Assembly: GCA_014190015.1 (NCBI GenBank)
Contig: BJFT01000002.1
Location: 4,169 to 68,168 of the forward strand
From: Actinomycetes bacterium
GTDB taxonomy: Bacteria > Actinomycetota > Actinomycetes > Nanopelagicales > Nanopelagicaceae
DNA length: 64,000 nucleotides
Direction: 5' to 3'
The position numbers and the translations under genes were made by a program. Shown here piece after piece: positions 61,298 through 64,000 of the stretch. The notes under the pieces were generated by a model, which was not told the origin of the DNA, did not search any database, and saw only the letters and a program-made list of their open reading frames with translations. The first letter of the stretch is position 1. Each line of letters begins with the position of its first letter.

Positions 61298-63099
61298 CGA
61301 CCTGATGCCTTCGATACAAATTTGTTGTTCTTTTTAAGCACAGCTTCGTTGAGTGCCACTGGCTTAATCTCTGTGTTAGTTGGAGATATATGTCGCGATT
61401 GCAAAACAAATGACATCACTTCTTTAAATACCGGTCCACCTAGTGCGCCGCCCCAGTGCATTCCTTGTGGGTTTTGTATTGTTACGCTGATGACATATGC
61501 AGGTTTATCCGCAGGAGCAAAACCAATAAAGGAAGCTGTGTAACCGCTGTAGCACTTACAACTATCGTTATAGCGCTCAGCAGTTCCTGTTTTACCTGCT
61601 ACTCGATACCCAGGGATAGCAGCACTTGGCGCTGTTCCGTTAGCAGAAACAACACTCTCCATCATTAAACGCACCTGTGCTGCAGTTTCTGCACTTAAGA
61701 CTTTTTCTGATGTACGAGATTGCGCTGGAGTGAAGTTTCCGGATGCATCACTTGTTCCTGCAATTACTGTTGGAGAAACACGAACTCCATTATTGGCAAT
61801 AGTTGCAAAGACACTTGTGGCCTGCATTGCTGTTACTGAATATCCATGACCAAATGCAATTGTTGGCGCAGATGTTCCAGACCAGCTCTTTACAGGATGG
61901 AAGATGCCGGCAGATTCACCAGGTAAACCCGAACCCGTTGATTTTCCAATGCCAAATTTGCTGAGATAACTATGAAGAGTGTCATTGCTCAACATCTCAC
62001 CAATCTTGATGGAGCCGGTATTGCTTGAAACCGCGAGAATTCCAGTTGAAGTCAAGCGCTGAACTGGATGAGGCTCGTGATCGCGAAAAACAGCATCACT
62101 TCGCTTTAGTGCATATGGAACAGTAAAGACTGTTGTTGGAGTAATTTTTTTCTCTTCGAGCGCTGCAGCCAGAGTCATAACTTTTCCAGTAGATCCAGGC
62201 TCATAAACTTCTTGAACAGAAGGGTTGCGCATTAATTCAAGAGTTACATTTTTTGTGTTATTTGGATCAAAAGTTGGTGCAGTTGCGTGCGCCAGAATGT
62301 GTCCTGTCTTTGGATCCATGACAATTACAGTGCCACTTAAAGCGCGTGACTTACGAACCGCATCTGAAATGGCCTTAGATGCAACCCACTGAACATCGCG
62401 GTCAATAGTTAAGCGAACGCTTGTACCTTTTTGCGCAGAGACAATTTCAGATTGCGATCCAGGAATTTCTGCTCCAGCAGCTGCTGCATATGAATATCTA
62501 CCTGGTTTTCCGGCAATCATCGAGTTCATGCTGGACTCAAGTCCAGTGGCGCCAACTCCATCATTTCTTACAAAACCAATGAGAGATGCCAATAAAGAAC
62601 CAGATGGATAATCGCGAATGTAACCACGCTCTGCAAAGAATCCAATTATTCGTTGATCTATCTCACGGGGAGCAAGTGCAGCATTGTGAGTTGCCATTGC
62701 ATCAACGAGTGCACGCCAAATTGCAGGCTGCGCATTAGGTAGAACCATGCTGTAACGAAGTTTTCCAGTGATTGCTTCTTGAACTTCCGCAACTGGCAAT
62801 TGAAGGATTGGAGCTGCAAAAGCTGCAACTCGCGCAGGATCTGAGATTTGCGTTTGATCAACCACAATGTTTATTGCGGAAACGCTTCTAGCGAATGTCA
62901 CACCATTAATATCTGTAATATCTCCGCGCTTTGCTGGAATTGAACGCGTATTTTGCATCTCATCTACTGCGCGGATCTTGTAATCCCCCGCATTTATAAG
63001 TTGAACTTGAACTAGTCTGCCTGCAAAGAGGACCATGAAAAAGAGTGAAAATATTGTCAGTACGACGATGCGCGTTCTAGATAAGTTGAAGTTACCCAC
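61294..63099 (-). CDS. ftsI: Class B penicillin-binding protein FtsI/PBP3
   Basis: N-terminal TM, RGDITD dimerisation domain, EPGSTGK (SxxK), SSN (SxN), GKTGTA. Likely GTG start at 63099 (ORF track gives 63108). Confidence 0.96.
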   Translation of the reverse strand: MGNFNLSRTRIVVLTIFSLFFMVLFAGRLVQVQLINAGDYKIRAVDEMQNTRSIPAKRGDITDINGVTFARSVSAINIVVDQTQISDPARVAAFAAPILQLPVAEVQEAITGKLRYSMVLPNAQPAIWRALVDAMATHNAALAPREIDQRIIGFFAERGYIRDYPSGSLLASLIGFVRNDGVGATGLESSMNSMIAGKPGRYSYAAAAGAEIPGSQSEIVSAQKGTSVRLTIDRDVQWVASKAISDAVRKSRALSGTVIVMDPKTGHILAHATAPTFDPNNTKNVTLELMRNPSVQEVYEPGSTGKVMTLAAALEEKKITPTTVFTVPYALKRSDAVFRDHEPHPVQRLTSTGILAVSSNTGSIKIGEMLSNDTLHSYLSKFGIGKSTGSGLPGESAGIFHPVKSWSGTSAPTIAFGHGYSVTAMQATSVFATIANNGVRVSPTVIAGTSDASGNFTPAQSRTSEKVLSAETAAQVRLMMESVVSANGTAPSAAIPGYRVAGKTGTAERYNDSCKCYSGYTASFIGFAPADKPAYVISVTIQNPQGMHWGGALGGPVFKEVMSFVLQSRHISPTNTEIKPVALNEAVLKKNNKFVSKASGR

Positions 63100-63475
63100 G
63101 CGGCACATCCAAATTCAAAAACGTTGGAGTCAGCGATGGCTTCATTCCTAATTTTTGCGCTTCTACTGAAAGTACAGCCGGTGATGAGATTCGTTCAATT
63201 TCGCGAGTCACTGCTTCATATTGATCGCTTGAAAGTTTTAGATCTGCCTGTAACTTTGATAATTCGAACGCATCTTGCGCAAGTAAAGTGTTGATAAATA
63301 GCAATGCAAGCAAAAATACAACGCCAATTGCAGTTATGAAGAGTGCATAGGATCTGCTGGTTGCCTGGTTGCCCGCTGATACATCGGCGACAATACGCAG
63401 AGCCGCACGAGTGGATTTTTGTGCAACACGAGAAGTTCTCTTGGTGATTGCAGGTGCAAGCGCTGTCATTGCCAT
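63092..63475 (-). CDS. ftsL: FtsL-like bitopic cell division protein
   Basis: Basic N-terminus, one TM, heptad coiled coil, LGM motif; located between rsmH and ftsI. Confidence 0.8.
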   Translation of the reverse strand: MAMTALAPAITKRTSRVAQKSTRAALRIVADVSAGNQATSRSYALFITAIGVVFLLALLFINTLLAQDAFELSKLQADLKLSSDQYEAVTREIERISSPAVLSVEAQKLGMKPSLTPTFLNLDVPRG

Positions 63476-64000
63476 TTATGCCGCCACCCTTTCGATTGCG
63501 CGTAATCGAACTGATGCTGCACGTGAATTTTCTTGAACTTCTTTTTCACTCGGGCTTTGGCTGCCGTTAAATACCAGGGCGAATTTTGCAGCGAGTTCTG
63601 CAATCTCAACTGGCAACCCTTGAGGCGTTCCTGAAGTTGTTGCTCCTTGGAAGTAGTTCTTAACAATTCGATCCTCAAGGGATTGAAAAGACATCACGAC
63701 AAGACGAGCATGCACATCAAGTAGTTCAAGGGCTTGAGGTATTGCGCGTGTAATAGCGCCTAGTTCGTCATTTGTTTCAATACGAAGTGCTTGAAAGGTT
63801 CGTTTAGCCGGGTTTCCACCTGTGCGACGAGTAGCTGCAGGAATCGCGTTTTTAACTAACGTTGCGAGATGAGTAGTTGAATGAAGTGGAGCTTTTTCGC
63901 GTTCCTTAACTATTGATTCAACGATGCGAGTTGCAAATTTTTCTTCACCGTATGTGCGAAGGATTCGAACTAATTCACCTGGTGCGTATGAGTTGACAAT
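63476..64000 (-). CDS. rsmH: 16S rRNA m4C1402 methyltransferase, 3' part (starts outside the window)
   Basis: Manual translation from 64000: ...ILRTYGEEKFA...GNPAKRTFQALRIETNDEL...MSFQSLEDRIVK...NSRAASVRLR. Confidence 0.96.
   Translation of the reverse strand: MVNSYAPGELVRILRTYGEEKFATRIVESIVKEREKAPLHSTTHLATLVKNAIPAATRRTGGNPAKRTFQALRIETNDELGAITRAIPQALELLDVHARLVVMSFQSLEDRIVKNYFQGATTSGTPQGLPVEIAELAAKFALVFNGSQSPSEKEVQENSRAASVRLRAIERVAA

Noticed and set aside
1-64000. CRISPR arrays, IS elements, rRNA, defence or phage genes
   Set aside because: Intergenic gaps are all under about 145 bp and every long ORF is a recognisable housekeeping gene; no spaced repeats, transposase or integrase motifs seen.

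Overview
Core-genome segment of a small, low-GC, streamlined actinobacterium. Gene order, low GC and very short intergenic spaces fit the freshwater acI/Nanopelagicales type, but this is inferred from synteny and composition, not from a database search. Almost all genes are on the minus strand. In transcription order: a dcw cluster (rsmH partial, ftsL, ftsI, murE, murF, mraY, murD, ftsW, murG, murC, ftsQ, ftsZ, pgeF, yggS, sepF, yggT); a convergent type-2 ileS; a histone-like/DksA fusion with lspA, rluD and dnaE; a his-trp superoperon (hisDCBH, priA, hisF, hisI, trpE, a 57-aa ORF missed by the ORF track, trpCBA); mauE-like, dsbA, lgt and VIT1; gltBD; pyk; tRNA-Leu(CAA); an ANTAR response regulator; a liv ABC transporter; a PaaI thioesterase; polA; an MFS transporter; rpsA; coaE; uvrB-uvrA-uvrC; and rapZ (partial). 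I saw no mobile elements, CRISPR arrays, rRNA or inteins, and no clearly new multi-gene system. The best leads are: (1) divIVA/wag31 is missing from its canonical position; (2) the same 10-mer dyad sits 26 bp upstream of the -10 box in both the ftsZ and ddbA/dksA promoters; (3) rpsA and livK share a promoter and leader architecture; (4) a tRNA 3' end lies 1 nt from the ANTAR regulator start codon; (5) a miniaturised Trp-operon membrane protein; (6) a GXHH-type IleRS with no room for a T-box; (7) pervasive leaderless promoters, two of which reuse the upstream stop codon. All promoter and operator calls come from reading the sequence by eye and need TSS or binding data.
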